Source: a virus
DNA: 64,000 bases
Strand: one strand, 5' to 3'
Virus record (IMG/VR): IMGVR_UViG_3300007539_004938
Coordinates: 12,255-76,254 of that record
Part shown: piece after piece, positions 16,382-28,500 of the stretch
Numbering within the stretch: position 1 is the stretch's first letter
How the letters are laid out: each line of letters starts with the position of its first letter
Program-made: the position numbers and the translations under genes
The notes under the pieces: generated by a model
What the model saw: only the letters and a program-made list of their open reading frames with translations
Database searches by the model: none
Told to the model about the DNA's origin: nothing

Positions 16382-17945
16382 CCTGTAGTAATACCTCAAC
16401 TAATTTTTCTTCTTCGTTAGTATTTGTTTCAAGAGCTACTCCAACAACTGTATCAGTTGGAATAGTAGATGCAGTACCATCTGACCAACCATAAAGTTTT
16501 TGTCCCTTACCTACTGGAAATACCACTTTAACAGGAACACGACCTTTTAAAGCTATAGCTTGTCCATCACAATCTTCATTCATTAGATAAGCAGGTTTAT
16601 CGCTTATAACACCAACAGCAACTCCGCCTATTTGATAAGGTTCTATTTCAAACTTGCTGTTTTTTCCTACCATCATTACTGTTCCAACAGGATGCTCTAC
16701 GCCTTCTTCAACAGTATACTTTTCAGCAAGGTCTGCGTAACGAGCTTTTGTTGCAGTACCAGTGAAAACATTTGCAGTAATATTTCCAGCAGCATCTCTA
16801 GCTGCTATTGTATTTGGTGTGGCAGCAGTGGCAGCAGTTCTATTAGTGCCTCCTACCGATAGTGTATCAGCAGCGGTTGCTTGTCCAGTAAATGTAGTTG
16901 CATGAACATTAGCAAACTTGTTTGTGGTTTTACCCAATGTATATGTTCCATTTCCAAATGGATAAAAATGTGTGCTAGTTAATGTAGCTATTGTTGCACT
17001 TGCGCTACTACTTAAAAATTCAAGCATGTTGTGATCTAGTTCTATAACAGGTGTATCTCCTGCAACTCCGTCACCACTAGGATCACTACCATTTCTAATT
17101 CTTACTGTTATGTCAGCATTGTCGGTACCTACTGTAAATCCTTCGTCTGCAAACTGAGCAGTTGTTGCACCAGCACTAAAATCCAATGATGTTGTTTTTA
17201 CATATTCATTTTCTGCATGATAGACACCAGACCCATCTATTAATCCTTTTGCACTAGCAGCAGTACCCCAATAATAATGACTGTTTCCAGAACTATTACC
17301 ATTAGCATCTGCCCCATATACTGTTATGCCTTGTTTAATGGTAGAAAATACACCTACGGTTTGAAGTTCACCAGTTTCGGTTTTTATTTCAGTTGGAACT
17401 TCTGTTTGTAAACTATTCACTGCAGGCACAAAATCTGCATTGTGATTAAATATTGCAACTATTTTATTGTCAACTACGGCAGCAATAACTGGTTTAGATA
17501 TACCAGTAACATTTTCAAACAAGGTAAAACTTTGCATAGATGTTGTACCAGTACCTGCTTTTTGTGGTCCTATTAGTATCCATGCATTGTTTTCATTTAA
17601 ACCATACAACTGATCTGTTGCTGTATTCCACCATAGATCGCCTTCTGCTCTACTAGTAGGAGTTGCACCAGATACTTCAGCACCGCCTGTGCCTTTCCAT
17701 TGTGTGCCATCATAAACTTTAAGTCTATTTCCACTATTGTCAAACCAAAGTTGACCAGTAATAGGTTTTGTAGGTGCAGCAGTTCCAGAAAAGTTTTCTA
17801 ACAAAAATAAAAAGTTTTCATTTTGTGCTTCACCGTAACCTGAATAGTTTTTACCTATCAGTTTTAAGTCTGTTGTTTGATCAACTGTTCCGTCTTCTAC
17901 ACTTGTTAGAACAGTTCCGTTGAATCTATTTATTGTATATGCCAT
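16377..17945 (-). CDS. Tail fibre protein with C-terminal intramolecular chaperone / autocleavage domain (peptidase G2-like)
   Basis: Shared fibre N-terminus (LIGKNY.GYGE..NENFL.LLENF...GQLWFD); C-terminal ARYADLAEKY...GVISDKPAYLMN...IALKGRVPVKV. Confidence 0.75.
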   Translation of the reverse strand: MAYTINRFNGTVLTSVEDGTVDQTTDLKLIGKNYSGYGEAQNENFLFLLENFSGTAAPTKPITGQLWFDNSGNRLKVYDGTQWKGTGGAEVSGATPTSRAEGDLWWNTATDQLYGLNENNAWILIGPQKAGTGTTSMQSFTLFENVTGISKPVIAAVVDNKIVAIFNHNADFVPAVNSLQTEVPTEIKTETGELQTVGVFSTIKQGITVYGADANGNSSGNSHYYWGTAASAKGLIDGSGVYHAENEYVKTTSLDFSAGATTAQFADEGFTVGTDNADITVRIRNGSDPSGDGVAGDTPVIELDHNMLEFLSSSASATIATLTSTHFYPFGNGTYTLGKTTNKFANVHATTFTGQATAADTLSVGGTNRTAATAATPNTIAARDAAGNITANVFTGTATKARYADLAEKYTVEEGVEHPVGTVMMVGKNSKFEIEPYQIGGVAVGVISDKPAYLMNEDCDGQAIALKGRVPVKVVFPVGKGQKLYGWSDGTASTIPTDTVVGVALETNTNEEEKLVEVLLQV

Positions 17946-17981
17946 AGTTATCTAACCTTGTTATGTTAATGTATTTACCAG

Positions 17982-19826
17982 TTAAACGCTGGAAACTAAA
18001 TCAGTGTCAAACTGCCATTGCTGCGATCCGTTAACAACAAAACGTTTTAAACTTCGAACAACAGTTAATGTAATACCTTGATTGTTCTGTGCAGTGAAAG
18101 CAATGTCTTGTAAAACACTTTGGTTTTCTGTACCGTTTTTGTCAACAGTAACGAAACTTTTAGACAATCCATCAGTAGCATCATAGTTGTATGTTCCTGT
18201 TTGTGTAGTGCCATGTACTCTACAATATACTCCTGGATTTTTTGTAATAGCAGGAAATAAATCTTCTATTACTAATGCAATATCACTGTTAGACAATCCT
18301 GTAATATCTAATGCAAGTGCTTCGTCTCTATCTAGTGTTGCCGCATCTACATATCCTTTTGTTGCAGCAGTATTTGGATCGTCACTAACTTCTGGTGTCC
18401 CAACATTTAATATCTTATTGTTATTTGTAAGTGTAATATCACCACCTACTGTTAATGTCATTGCAGTTGAAACTGTTAAAGTACTACTGTTTAAAGTAAA
18501 GTTGTCTACTGAAAGTTCAGTTAATGTGCCTATTTGTGTAAGTCCTAATGCATTTGTAACACTAGGTGCTAAAGCAGTTGCAGATAATACTTCATTTCCG
18601 CCTATTTTATAATGATAACCAGCAGGAACATCAATATACGAATGTGGTGTCCAAGCATCAGTAGCAAACTTCCATGTCCATGACTTTGAATTACTTTCGT
18701 ACCCTTCTGGGCCTCCTCTAATAACAAGCCCTGCATCGTCAATATCTGCACTGTCCGGATATGTGCTACTGTCGTCTGCAACTGCTAGTTCAATCTGATG
18801 GTCTTCTAACTGTAAAGTATTTGTAGACAAATAAGTAGTTGGGCCTAAAACTGTAAGACTTCCCGAAACTCGCATATCACCTGTAAAATCAAAATCGGTG
18901 GTAGGAGCACTATTTTTAAAACCAATTCTATAAACATCATTATCGATAAAAATAACATCCGTTGGAGTTCCAGATCTTGTAACCTGTATTGCAAAATCAT
19001 CAGTATTAGATGTAGAGCGTGCTACTACTTTTCCTGTTTCTGCTTTGAGTAATATTTCAAGGTTAGGACCTATTTTTAATCCTTCTACGTTAGTAACTTG
19101 TAATCTAGCACTTACTTCTTGCGTGGTTGTTCCAGCTTTTATTAAAAAATCATTTGGTGAATACAATGTACTACCATCATATAGGTTACTTGTACTGTTA
19201 GCATTACCATAGAAACTAAAGTCACTTTGAAGTTCTGTTGCAATAGTAATACCCGCTTTGACTACTAGAGAAAATCCTGTTAGTTTAGTTAAGTTATCGG
19301 TTGTAGTTGCAGCAGTAAATGCTTCTCTGCTAATAAGCATAGCAGGTTGATTACCAATTTTGTATATTGTTACAGTTTTACGCTGCCCGTATCTATCAAT
19401 CAATGTTACAGGTTGTACTCCGGTATATCCTTGAGTGCTATTAAACTGAGGACCAGCTAAAATAACATCTACACCGTCGCTAAAATACATTTGTTGATTA
19501 ACACTGTCAATCCATATATCACCGGCTAACATCGAAGGCTGTGTTGCACTTACAACAGTTGTATCTGTATTTCTAAACTGTGTGCCATCGTATACTTTTA
19601 ACCTGCCATCGCTTGTATCGTACCAAATTTGTCCTCTCAACGGATTGTCAGGTTCTGCAGAGTTCGCAAAGTTTTCTAGTATTTTGACAAAGTTTTCATT
19701 CATTACCTCGCCATAACTTGTTGTATTTCTACCAATCAACGTTACGTCAATAGTTTCTGAATCAATCTTGCCATCTACAAGATCAACTAATAGTGTACCA
19801 TCTGTTTTGTTTATTTTATACGCCAT
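17982..19826 (-). CDS. Tail fibre-like protein
   Basis: Same N-terminal module (LIGRN..YGE..NENF..ILENF..GQIWYD); AATKGYVD fibre motif. Confidence 0.75.
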   Translation of the reverse strand: MAYKINKTDGTLLVDLVDGKIDSETIDVTLIGRNTTSYGEVMNENFVKILENFANSAEPDNPLRGQIWYDTSDGRLKVYDGTQFRNTDTTVVSATQPSMLAGDIWIDSVNQQMYFSDGVDVILAGPQFNSTQGYTGVQPVTLIDRYGQRKTVTIYKIGNQPAMLISREAFTAATTTDNLTKLTGFSLVVKAGITIATELQSDFSFYGNANSTSNLYDGSTLYSPNDFLIKAGTTTQEVSARLQVTNVEGLKIGPNLEILLKAETGKVVARSTSNTDDFAIQVTRSGTPTDVIFIDNDVYRIGFKNSAPTTDFDFTGDMRVSGSLTVLGPTTYLSTNTLQLEDHQIELAVADDSSTYPDSADIDDAGLVIRGGPEGYESNSKSWTWKFATDAWTPHSYIDVPAGYHYKIGGNEVLSATALAPSVTNALGLTQIGTLTELSVDNFTLNSSTLTVSTAMTLTVGGDITLTNNNKILNVGTPEVSDDPNTAATKGYVDAATLDRDEALALDITGLSNSDIALVIEDLFPAITKNPGVYCRVHGTTQTGTYNYDATDGLSKSFVTVDKNGTENQSVLQDIAFTAQNNQGITLTVVRSLKRFVVNGSQQWQFDTDLVSSV

Positions 19827-19838
19827 ATTTACTCCTGC

Positions 19839-21905
19839 TTATGTAGATGGTCCAATGTACATGATGTAGTTCATTACAACACTAGGGCTGGTTACGCTAA
19901 ACTTTTCACCAACTTCTTGATTAATATTATCAATATTTTGTGTTGTAAATGACACTCCATCAACACCGCCTGTTTTATCTATTCCATATCCTGCTGTATT
20001 TCCTACAAGGTTATTTGCTGTTGCGCCTGTATCTGAACCGTCACCTGCATTTGTTAATGCTAGGTATTGATTTGATGCATCCCCTTCTAAACTGTGTTCA
20101 TGATTTGGTAGGTTATCTTTTGTTATCCAATCTTCTTCTCTACCTGATGTAGTACCTAGTACACTGGTTGATCCCCATGTGTCTGATGGACTTGCTTTAT
20201 CATATATACGATTTGTATCAGTGTACGAAACATCATTAGGCACATAACCTAGCACATGTCTACCTCTTAAATCTGGTACTTTAAAATACAAGGTACTTGA
20301 TGGAACACCATATAAGTCTCCAATCAACGAATATAAAGAAATATAGTTAGCTTTTACAAGTTCTTGTCCATGACACAATACCCAATCTGTTTGATCTACA
20401 GGTAATGTTTCGCCTGCGTATGGCATTATCATACCTAAAAAGAATGTAGGTACTGTGCCTACTAATACCGACTGTTTAACTCTACGTATGTCGGTACCTC
20501 TAGCAATCAAAATCTCATCAGTACCTTCGATAGTGGTAGATAATGTTTGACCTGTGATAAAAGCATCGCTTACTGTTGTAACAAACTCTTTTATACTTGT
20601 ACCGCTACCATCAAATGTAAACTCAGGTGCTGTAACATGACCTGACATTCTAAAAGTTGTAGGACTTGCAAGTTTACCAGCAGAAGCCGATGTACCTGAA
20701 ATATTTCCAGTAACAGTACCTGTTAGGTTTCCTACAAAGTTATTTGCATATACAGTATTATACTGTAATGTACTGGTGCCAAGGTTGTAACTTAGATTTG
20801 TTTTTGGTGTTAAGTTTTTTGCAACAATATTTTCAGCAACATCAAGATCGCCGCCTAGATACATGTTTTGACTTATACCTACGCCGCCTGAAACAACTAA
20901 ACTACCAGTACTAAAACTTGTACTACCTAAACCTCCGTTAATATTAACATTTCCACTTACTACAGCATTTCCTGTTACATCTAACGCTTCTTGTGGGGCT
21001 TCGTTTGCAATACCTATTTTCCTGTCAGGTGTAACACGTATTGCGGTTTTTACTGTACCAGCATCGTTTATTTTAAAGTCTAGGTTACCGTCTGTCGCAG
21101 TATGCCTAATCTGTGCTGTACTTCCAGTAATACTTAAACGCAATAATCCATTTTCACCAATAGCCAATCCGGTATTGTCAATAATGTTTTGTGCTTTACT
21201 AAAGTTATTGGTTACATCTTTTCTAGCAAAAGTTGACGCTGCAATATTTGTGTTAGAAATAACTAAGTTTTCTGCAGAAGTTGCTGTACCATATAACTTT
21301 GCATCGCTTGCTAGAGTAATACCCTTTTTTAACACAGTTGCTACTGAGAATCCAGTTTCTGCTTTTTTAAGAGAAAACTCAGTTTGTGCAGTTATACTAA
21401 CCGGAACATTATTTACTCTATCTATTATAACATTTTCCGTGGTATTTGTGCTGTTTATTACTTCTTCAAATCTTGATCCGGTACTAGCACCTTCACTATA
21501 ATCTGGTCCAACTAAAATATATCCACTTCCTGTATAAACATAAACTTGACTATTTGCAGTATCTACCCAAATATCACCAATTGTACTTGCACTTGCTTGA
21601 GGTTCACTTGCTGCTTTTTTTAATCCGCTTGCACTTACCCATTGCGAACCATCATAAACTTTAAGTTGGTCTACTCCAGTTGTATTATCGTACCATAACT
21701 GTCCTTCAACTGGATTAGACGGACTTGTTGCAGAGGCAAAGTTTTCTAACATTTGAAGAAGATTTGTGTTTAATAGTTCACCAAAATCATTATAGTTTCT
21801 ACCTATTAAAGTAATACTGGTTTCACTGCTATTTGTAGCACCATCATCAACAGTTATAGCGCCTTTATTTGTAAAGTCTGTAAATCTTACTTCATAACCT
21901 GCCAT
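19839..21905 (-). CDS. Tail fibre protein with phage tail collar domain (short-tail-fibre-like)
   Basis: Same N-terminal module; GMIMPYAG...WVLCHGQ...LYSLIG..YG....FKVPDLRGR collar; LPNHEH; terminal MNYIMY. Confidence 0.8.
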   Translation of the reverse strand: MAGYEVRFTDFTNKGAITVDDGATNSSETSITLIGRNYNDFGELLNTNLLQMLENFASATSPSNPVEGQLWYDNTTGVDQLKVYDGSQWVSASGLKKAASEPQASASTIGDIWVDTANSQVYVYTGSGYILVGPDYSEGASTGSRFEEVINSTNTTENVIIDRVNNVPVSITAQTEFSLKKAETGFSVATVLKKGITLASDAKLYGTATSAENLVISNTNIAASTFARKDVTNNFSKAQNIIDNTGLAIGENGLLRLSITGSTAQIRHTATDGNLDFKINDAGTVKTAIRVTPDRKIGIANEAPQEALDVTGNAVVSGNVNINGGLGSTSFSTGSLVVSGGVGISQNMYLGGDLDVAENIVAKNLTPKTNLSYNLGTSTLQYNTVYANNFVGNLTGTVTGNISGTSASAGKLASPTTFRMSGHVTAPEFTFDGSGTSIKEFVTTVSDAFITGQTLSTTIEGTDEILIARGTDIRRVKQSVLVGTVPTFFLGMIMPYAGETLPVDQTDWVLCHGQELVKANYISLYSLIGDLYGVPSSTLYFKVPDLRGRHVLGYVPNDVSYTDTNRIYDKASPSDTWGSTSVLGTTSGREEDWITKDNLPNHEHSLEGDASNQYLALTNAGDGSDTGATANNLVGNTAGYGIDKTGGVDGVSFTTQNIDNINQEVGEKFSVTSPSVVMNYIMYIGPST

Positions 21906-21907
21906 TT

Positions 21908-22519
21908 TTACCCCTCACTAAATCCGCTTAAACTTTGCACTCTTACAGTGTAATCTATTTGAATAAGTCTATTCAAACTTTTTTGTACAGGGTGAAAAAT
22001 AACATGAGTGATTAATCTACCAGTTCCGCTTGTGCTATAACTTTTTAATCCTAACTCATCAAAAACATATATTCCATCTTGGTTAGCAGAAGTATCAAAT
22101 GCATCTTGTCCTTCAGGCTCTCCGTAATCTAATAAACATGTTACTAAAATGTCAGTATAGTTAGTACCAGATACGTGTCTAATTTCTGTTTTATTTCTAG
22201 TTGGATCGGTATTGTTAACACTTCTGTCATCTACAACTTTATCAAATGTTTGATTATACAAAGTTGCATTTGTTCCAGTGCTGTTAGGAGTCAAATAAGT
22301 AATGATACCAGTTGGATCAACACTTGTACCGCCATTACCAAAACTCATACTATTAATAAAACCCTGTCCTTGATTGGCTAAACTTTCCGCTAATGCTATA
22401 CTCATGTTTTCATAATGAATAGCATTTCTTTTATTCACTAAAACATCGCCTGATATAGGATCATGAATTTTAATATGACCTTCAACGTGTATACCATTTA
22501 AATCTTTTAAATCTGTCAT
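21908..22519 (-). CDS. Baseplate/tail structural protein
   Basis: GHIKIHD...NAIHYEN, FDELGL, THVIFHPVQKSLNRLIQIDYTVR; start moved to ATG 22519 (MTDLKDL), downstream of TAAATA at 22544-22539. Confidence 0.7.
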   Translation of the reverse strand: MTDLKDLNGIHVEGHIKIHDPISGDVLVNKRNAIHYENMSIALAESLANQGQGFINSMSFGNGGTSVDPTGIITYLTPNSTGTNATLYNQTFDKVVDDRSVNNTDPTRNKTEIRHVSGTNYTDILVTCLLDYGEPEGQDAFDTSANQDGIYVFDELGLKSYSTSGTGRLITHVIFHPVQKSLNRLIQIDYTVRVQSLSGFSEG

Positions 22520-22541
22520 TTGTTTGTACCTTATACTGTAT

Positions 22542-25500
22542 TTATTTAGGTAAGCTAATAGTTGCTCTACGGATGAATTTTGATATAGCATTATCCGAGT
22601 CACCTAAACTTTTTCCCGGATCATTCCATACTTTTCCTGTTTGTCTTACAATTTTTATTTCAGTTCCTTCTACAGGATCGTCTCTTAAATGTAAAACTGT
22701 TTCTTGTGTACTACCATCGCTGCTAATACGTGTTTCTAAACTAAAGTCAGGTTCAAGTATTGTATCACCTTCACTACTATCTAGCGCATTTGCAGGATTA
22801 AACACTGATAACTGAGTTTTAACTAACTTTTTACCAGCTACATATACATCTATTTCATTAATATCTGTTACAATATCATTTAAAATATGTTGAGTGCTAT
22901 CTAGCGAAACTGCTTTAATCGTTTGAACAATAGTTGTATCTTGGTAGTCGATTGTTTCGTTTGAACTTTGTCCATACATCCTGGTGCCTTCTTCATAAAC
23001 ATTTTTTACGCCGGTACCTAATGTGCCTCTTCTAAGTTGAGTAACTGTATTGTTTTTGATTTCAAAATATTCAACACGCTCACCTTCTATAAATAATACA
23101 CCAGGTAGATTTTTAGATCTATTAGGAATATATAAACCTTCGACACTTTCTAAATATATTGTATTATCATAGTAGTTTAAAGGACTTTGTAATACATAAC
23201 TGTTTTCTTGATTTAAACGCTTGTAATGAGTTCTACCAAGCATATCTTTGAATATTCTAAATCCAAACTTAGGTGTTACTGGTAGATTTCCAAATTGTAA
23301 AACGTCTATAACATCATTGTCTTGCGGAAGTTCTCTTAACCTAACTGCTTTAGCATCGTCGCTAACAATATAATCTTTTATTGGAGATAGAAGTACTCCG
23401 TTTTTAGATACCCATGCATACGCTGTTCCTATTATAGGATCTTGTAGTTGTATTACGCCTGCACTTAAAAGATTACGTCTTACATAAGTATCGCTTGTTG
23501 GGCTTACGCTGGTAGAAGTGACATTATACGTGTATCTGTTAAAATCATTTACGTCATGATTACTAAACTGATATATTTCAATATTTTCGCCGCTACTAGG
23601 CGGAGTAGCAAATGTAAGATTATTACTTAAAATATATTCAACACCTGAGACTTTAACCTGTGTACTGTCTTCTCCAGCAACACTCACTATAAATTCATTA
23701 TCGGTTTGGAAAGCATCTTTTATGTCTTTTTGTATTGATCTAAATGTAATACAGTTATCTACAATTTTTTCAACAATACCTGAATACTCAGTACTATCTG
23801 ATGCAAGTAAAGTTAATGTATCACCTTGTTGTACAAACTCTGTCATATCTAAGGCTGTACTATCAATACTTTCAAATTGAACTTCTGTATCTACCATATA
23901 ATATTCAGCTTCTTTTATGACATAAACAGAAAGTTGAGATCCTGGTAATACTACATCTGTGCGCAATAAATCAATAGTGCAGTTTACTGGATCATATGTC
24001 CAAGCATCGTCTGTAAGTTGTGTCATGCCTTCAAAAACTAGTACATCTTGTTGTTCTATTGCTGTAGTATCAGCAAAGTTCCATGCATCTAAATAATATG
24101 TTCTTTCTTCTGTAACTGCAAACTGTATGCTGTATCCTGGATTTAATATTTTGTTATTTGATTTTACTAGTAATCTATGAGAAAGAGGTACAGCATTAAA
24201 TGGAACAGGTATATCTCCTGTAAACTTATGATAATAGTTTTCTCCATTTGATTCAAAAGTATTATCTATAATAATCTGACTGTAAGTAGTTGCAATAGAA
24301 TTGTAAATAGAATATTGTATATGATCACCATCAACAAGTATACCAGGCTCAAACTGTATTTTTACTCGTTGTGGATATGGTTCATCTGCGCTACTTTCAA
24401 CCAACGTGTATTGATTGTTTTGTGTTTGAACTTTACCATTTACAGTGACTAAAGCACTTCTCTCGTTATCCCAAGACACTGATGTCACGATTCCAGTAGT
24501 ACTACCGTCAAATATTGTTGTATCTGTATCTAGTAAACCTGTACCATTAGTACCATAACTTATAATACTTAATGTATTACCGATACTACTTGTACTATCA
24601 TCAAACAAAAGTGTTTTATTGATCCAATCAATAGAGTATCTATCACTCGACAATATTTCGTCATCCAACTTAACAATCACAGCATCATTTGATTGCGGTA
24701 AACCAGGCAATGCATATACATCAGTGCTATCATTTTCGATTCTATAGTTTGCAACTGTAATGTTTGCAACACCATCGCTTGCTCTTGTATAAACTTGTAT
24801 ATCTAATGTGTCAATAACTTTGCCTGGGACCATTTCTTCTGGTCCTTTAGAAGTATTTAAAGTATAGAATCCATCGCCATCTACTGTAATATCTCCTGCT
24901 TCGATTCCTGTTGCAGTTGTATATCCTAAATCACCGCCACTTAAAGCAGTATCATATGTTGTTGCAACAGGTGTGAAACTTCCATCACTTGTACTTTTAC
25001 TAATAATAACTTTATCACCAGGTGCTGTTGAAATATCTGTTAAATCTATTGTTACTTCAATAGTGCTATCATCGCCTTGTATTGGTAACATTTGAGCATA
25101 TATATTTTCAAGAATAGTTGTTCCATCATATGCTGGATCATCTAATCTGTATATCTTCCAATCATCTTCTTGAGTTTCTCCAGCTACTTTTACATATACA
25201 TTATACTCGTAACCTGTTTCTAATGCTTGAGATAAAATATATGTTTCTACTAAAGTACTATCTGAAGTTATTTCAAAGATTTCATCTTCAAATGTATTTA
25301 CAAATGTATCAAAACCAGTTCCTGCAAATCCACCAATATCAAACCCTGTTTCTGTACCAAAATCAATACTATCATATATAGCACCTTCATATTCAACACC
25401 TGACATAAGTTGTGATAAATCATTTCCAGGCATACCAGCAGTTGGAGAATAATACAATGTTGTTCTATCAGCGGCACTTAGCATAGATACATCTTTTTTG

Positions 25501-28500
25501 TAAGTAATAGATATTACTGCATCTATAGCTGGTGCATCAATAATGTTTATATAACCTTGTTTTCTTTCGTAGGTTTTTTTATTATTGCTTTCATTACCAA
25601 ACAAATATTCACTCGATAACAACTTTTTGTTGTCCACAGTAACTTCAAAAGTGTTAATATTTAAGTTCATTGGCCATTCAAGTTGGAACTTATTTTTAGC
25701 ACCAGTTCCTGTAAATGTTTCACTAGTATCTATGTTTGCAATATAAGTTTTTCCAGATACTCTATCAAACTTCATTATCATATGAGTGCTTCTGATATTA
25801 GCGTTACCTAATATTGCAGACGCTCTTGCTGGTGTTCCGTCATCTGCTAAGTTGCCTTCAAGAGTCACAACAGGAGCAGTATAATATTTTCCGCCCTTGT
25901 TTGTTATTTGTATTTCTTTTACGCTACCTCTTGATAAAAATGCTTCAGCAGTTGTACCGTTGTCTCCTGATATAAAAACTTGAGGCGCTGACAAATAACC
26001 GCTACCACCATCTGCAACTTTTATAGACACAACATCATATGTGTTGTTATCTACCCAACTTTTAAAAGGATATTGTTCATATTTGGAATCAAGAAACTCT
26101 ATATTATTATTTTGTAAAACAGCTTTACTTGTTTCTATTTCCTTGGTAATACTATTATGACTTGGAGGTAAATCAAAATCAGTGACTAAAGATCCAGTTG
26201 GATCTACTTTTGTATAAGAACTTACATATTCTCTAACTTTTGTCTTATATGGTTTTACTTCATTTACATAATCTTGGTAACTTTCTAGGTTATCATTTTG
26301 ATAACTTATTTTTTGTTCTAACTCAGATACATTATGTTTTGCTTTTACAAAACTTGTTTTTAATGCCCAGTCAACATTAGATTGTTCAGAAAACACATAT
26401 CTTAATGATGCAAAAAATAGCTTATTATATTCAATAGATAAATCTGCTACAAATATATCATCTTTTATTGCAGTTAAAATATTACGTAGTTCTTGAATAG
26501 GTTCTCTATCATAAAAACCACTATCATATATTGAAGCGTCATATCCGCTTGTTACAAAACTATAATCATACAATCTTGTGCTTAAACTTATAGTTCCATT
26601 TTGTCTACCAATAGTTTCGTAGTTTACAGTATAATCTTCGACTAGTTGATTATCTATTTTCTTTAATAATAACCAACCTCCTGAACCAACATTTTCAATT
26701 TTAACAATATCGTTGATATTTGCATCAAGAGCAAACAAATCATATGTATAACTAGCAATATGATTTATTGCAGTATTACTATTGTATCCAGTAGCATACC
26801 AATCTGCATAATCCCAATATTTTGTTGTATCATAGTTTTGGTTATTTGTTCTTACCCATTCTTTATTTTGATAGCTGTAGATTGCCCATCTACCTCCTAC
26901 TGTATCGTCGTTTTCTACTAATACAGAAAAGTCTCTAATCGATAGCTGTGTATTACTATCATAATCAAACCCTTGCGTTACTACTGTAACACTAACAACT
27001 TTACCAACACTGTCTATAGATGTTTTTAAATATGCGTTTTTGCCATTGGCTGATGTTATTTTAACTAAAGGAGCATTTTTATATCCGCGGCCTGGATTTA
27101 TTATATTAGCACCAGTTATTCTACCATTTTCTACAATAGGTGTTAAAGAAGCAGTTTGTACTTTAGAAACTTCTACAAATCTTAAAAGACTTGCTGAATC
27201 AGCAGTTGTATCAAACAACCCACTCGAAGCCAATGGTACTTCATCTTTGTCAAGTAACTTTGTAATAACATAGTTATCTACTATAGGAATAGTTGTAAAT
27301 ACACTGTTTACCCTTTCAACAAACTGTTTTACAGCTTCGAGTCTATTAATAAACATACCCTGTCTAGGAAAGTTTAAAACGCCTATTTTTTGACTTGCTG
27401 GAATATCTTTATCTGGAACTGGTTTAACATTTTCATCATATCCTACTAAACTATCTATCCATTTTCTTTCTATCTCAGAATCAATAGGTGTAGTTGCATA
27501 TCCTTCGCTTAATAACTGATATTCATAATGAATATTATTTTTATTTTCTTGGTTTTTATTAAAACTAATATGTAAAATTGAATCGGTGCCACTTACATAT
27601 GATTTAATATTATATAATGCAAAACTATTCGAACTTAATGGTGTAATAAATCTATATCCATAATCTTGCGGCGCTGTGATTATCTTTGCAACATCGTCTG
27701 CACTAAGTTTTCTAACACCATCTTCAGGCACATCAAGTTTATTTTTTACCCAATAAAAGTAATAGTTTGTAAACGACTGTTTTACCTCATCAAATATAGG
27801 TCTAGTGCTAAATGTATTATCATCATATAATGCAGTACCAGTTATTCCATTGGCAAAGCCTTGTGCTGTATTTGCAATATTATTCCATTCACTTGGAAGT
27901 AAACTTGTGCCTACCCATTCACATACTTCAATCTCAAAACCTGAAACAAGTTTATTAAAGTAAGATGTTCTATATGTGTTGCTATCTTGATATGGATTGT
28001 ACCAAGCTGCTTTACTAACATTCCACCAAAGTCTACCTACTTGTGTATCGGTCCAGTTAAGTCCTGCATCAACAGTAACATTACTAGAATCACTTGTTGT
28101 ATAAACAGCAGGATCATAAGTTGTTTTATAATATATTTCTTGTTCAGCAGGACCAGGTATTTTTCCTAAACGAGGATCAATAAAATCCAAGTTGGTAATA
28201 ATATCTTTTGTCTTTTTGTCATATATGAAAACACGATTGATGTTTGAAATATTAACTTTTTCTTCTTGATTAACTAAAACCTGCCAACTGTCAGTAGATT
28301 TGTTAATCCTAAAATCTGCAATAACACCGAGATTTGTATATGTACTATCTAAGTAGAGTAGGTCATCAACTTTGTTTTCTGTTGCTGGAATCATGTCTGC
28401 AAATGCAACATATATATGATTGTCTACAAAGTTAAAATAATCATAATCGTATGTACTTGTATCTCTTAAATATTTTAAAGTTTCAGCATATACAAATTTA

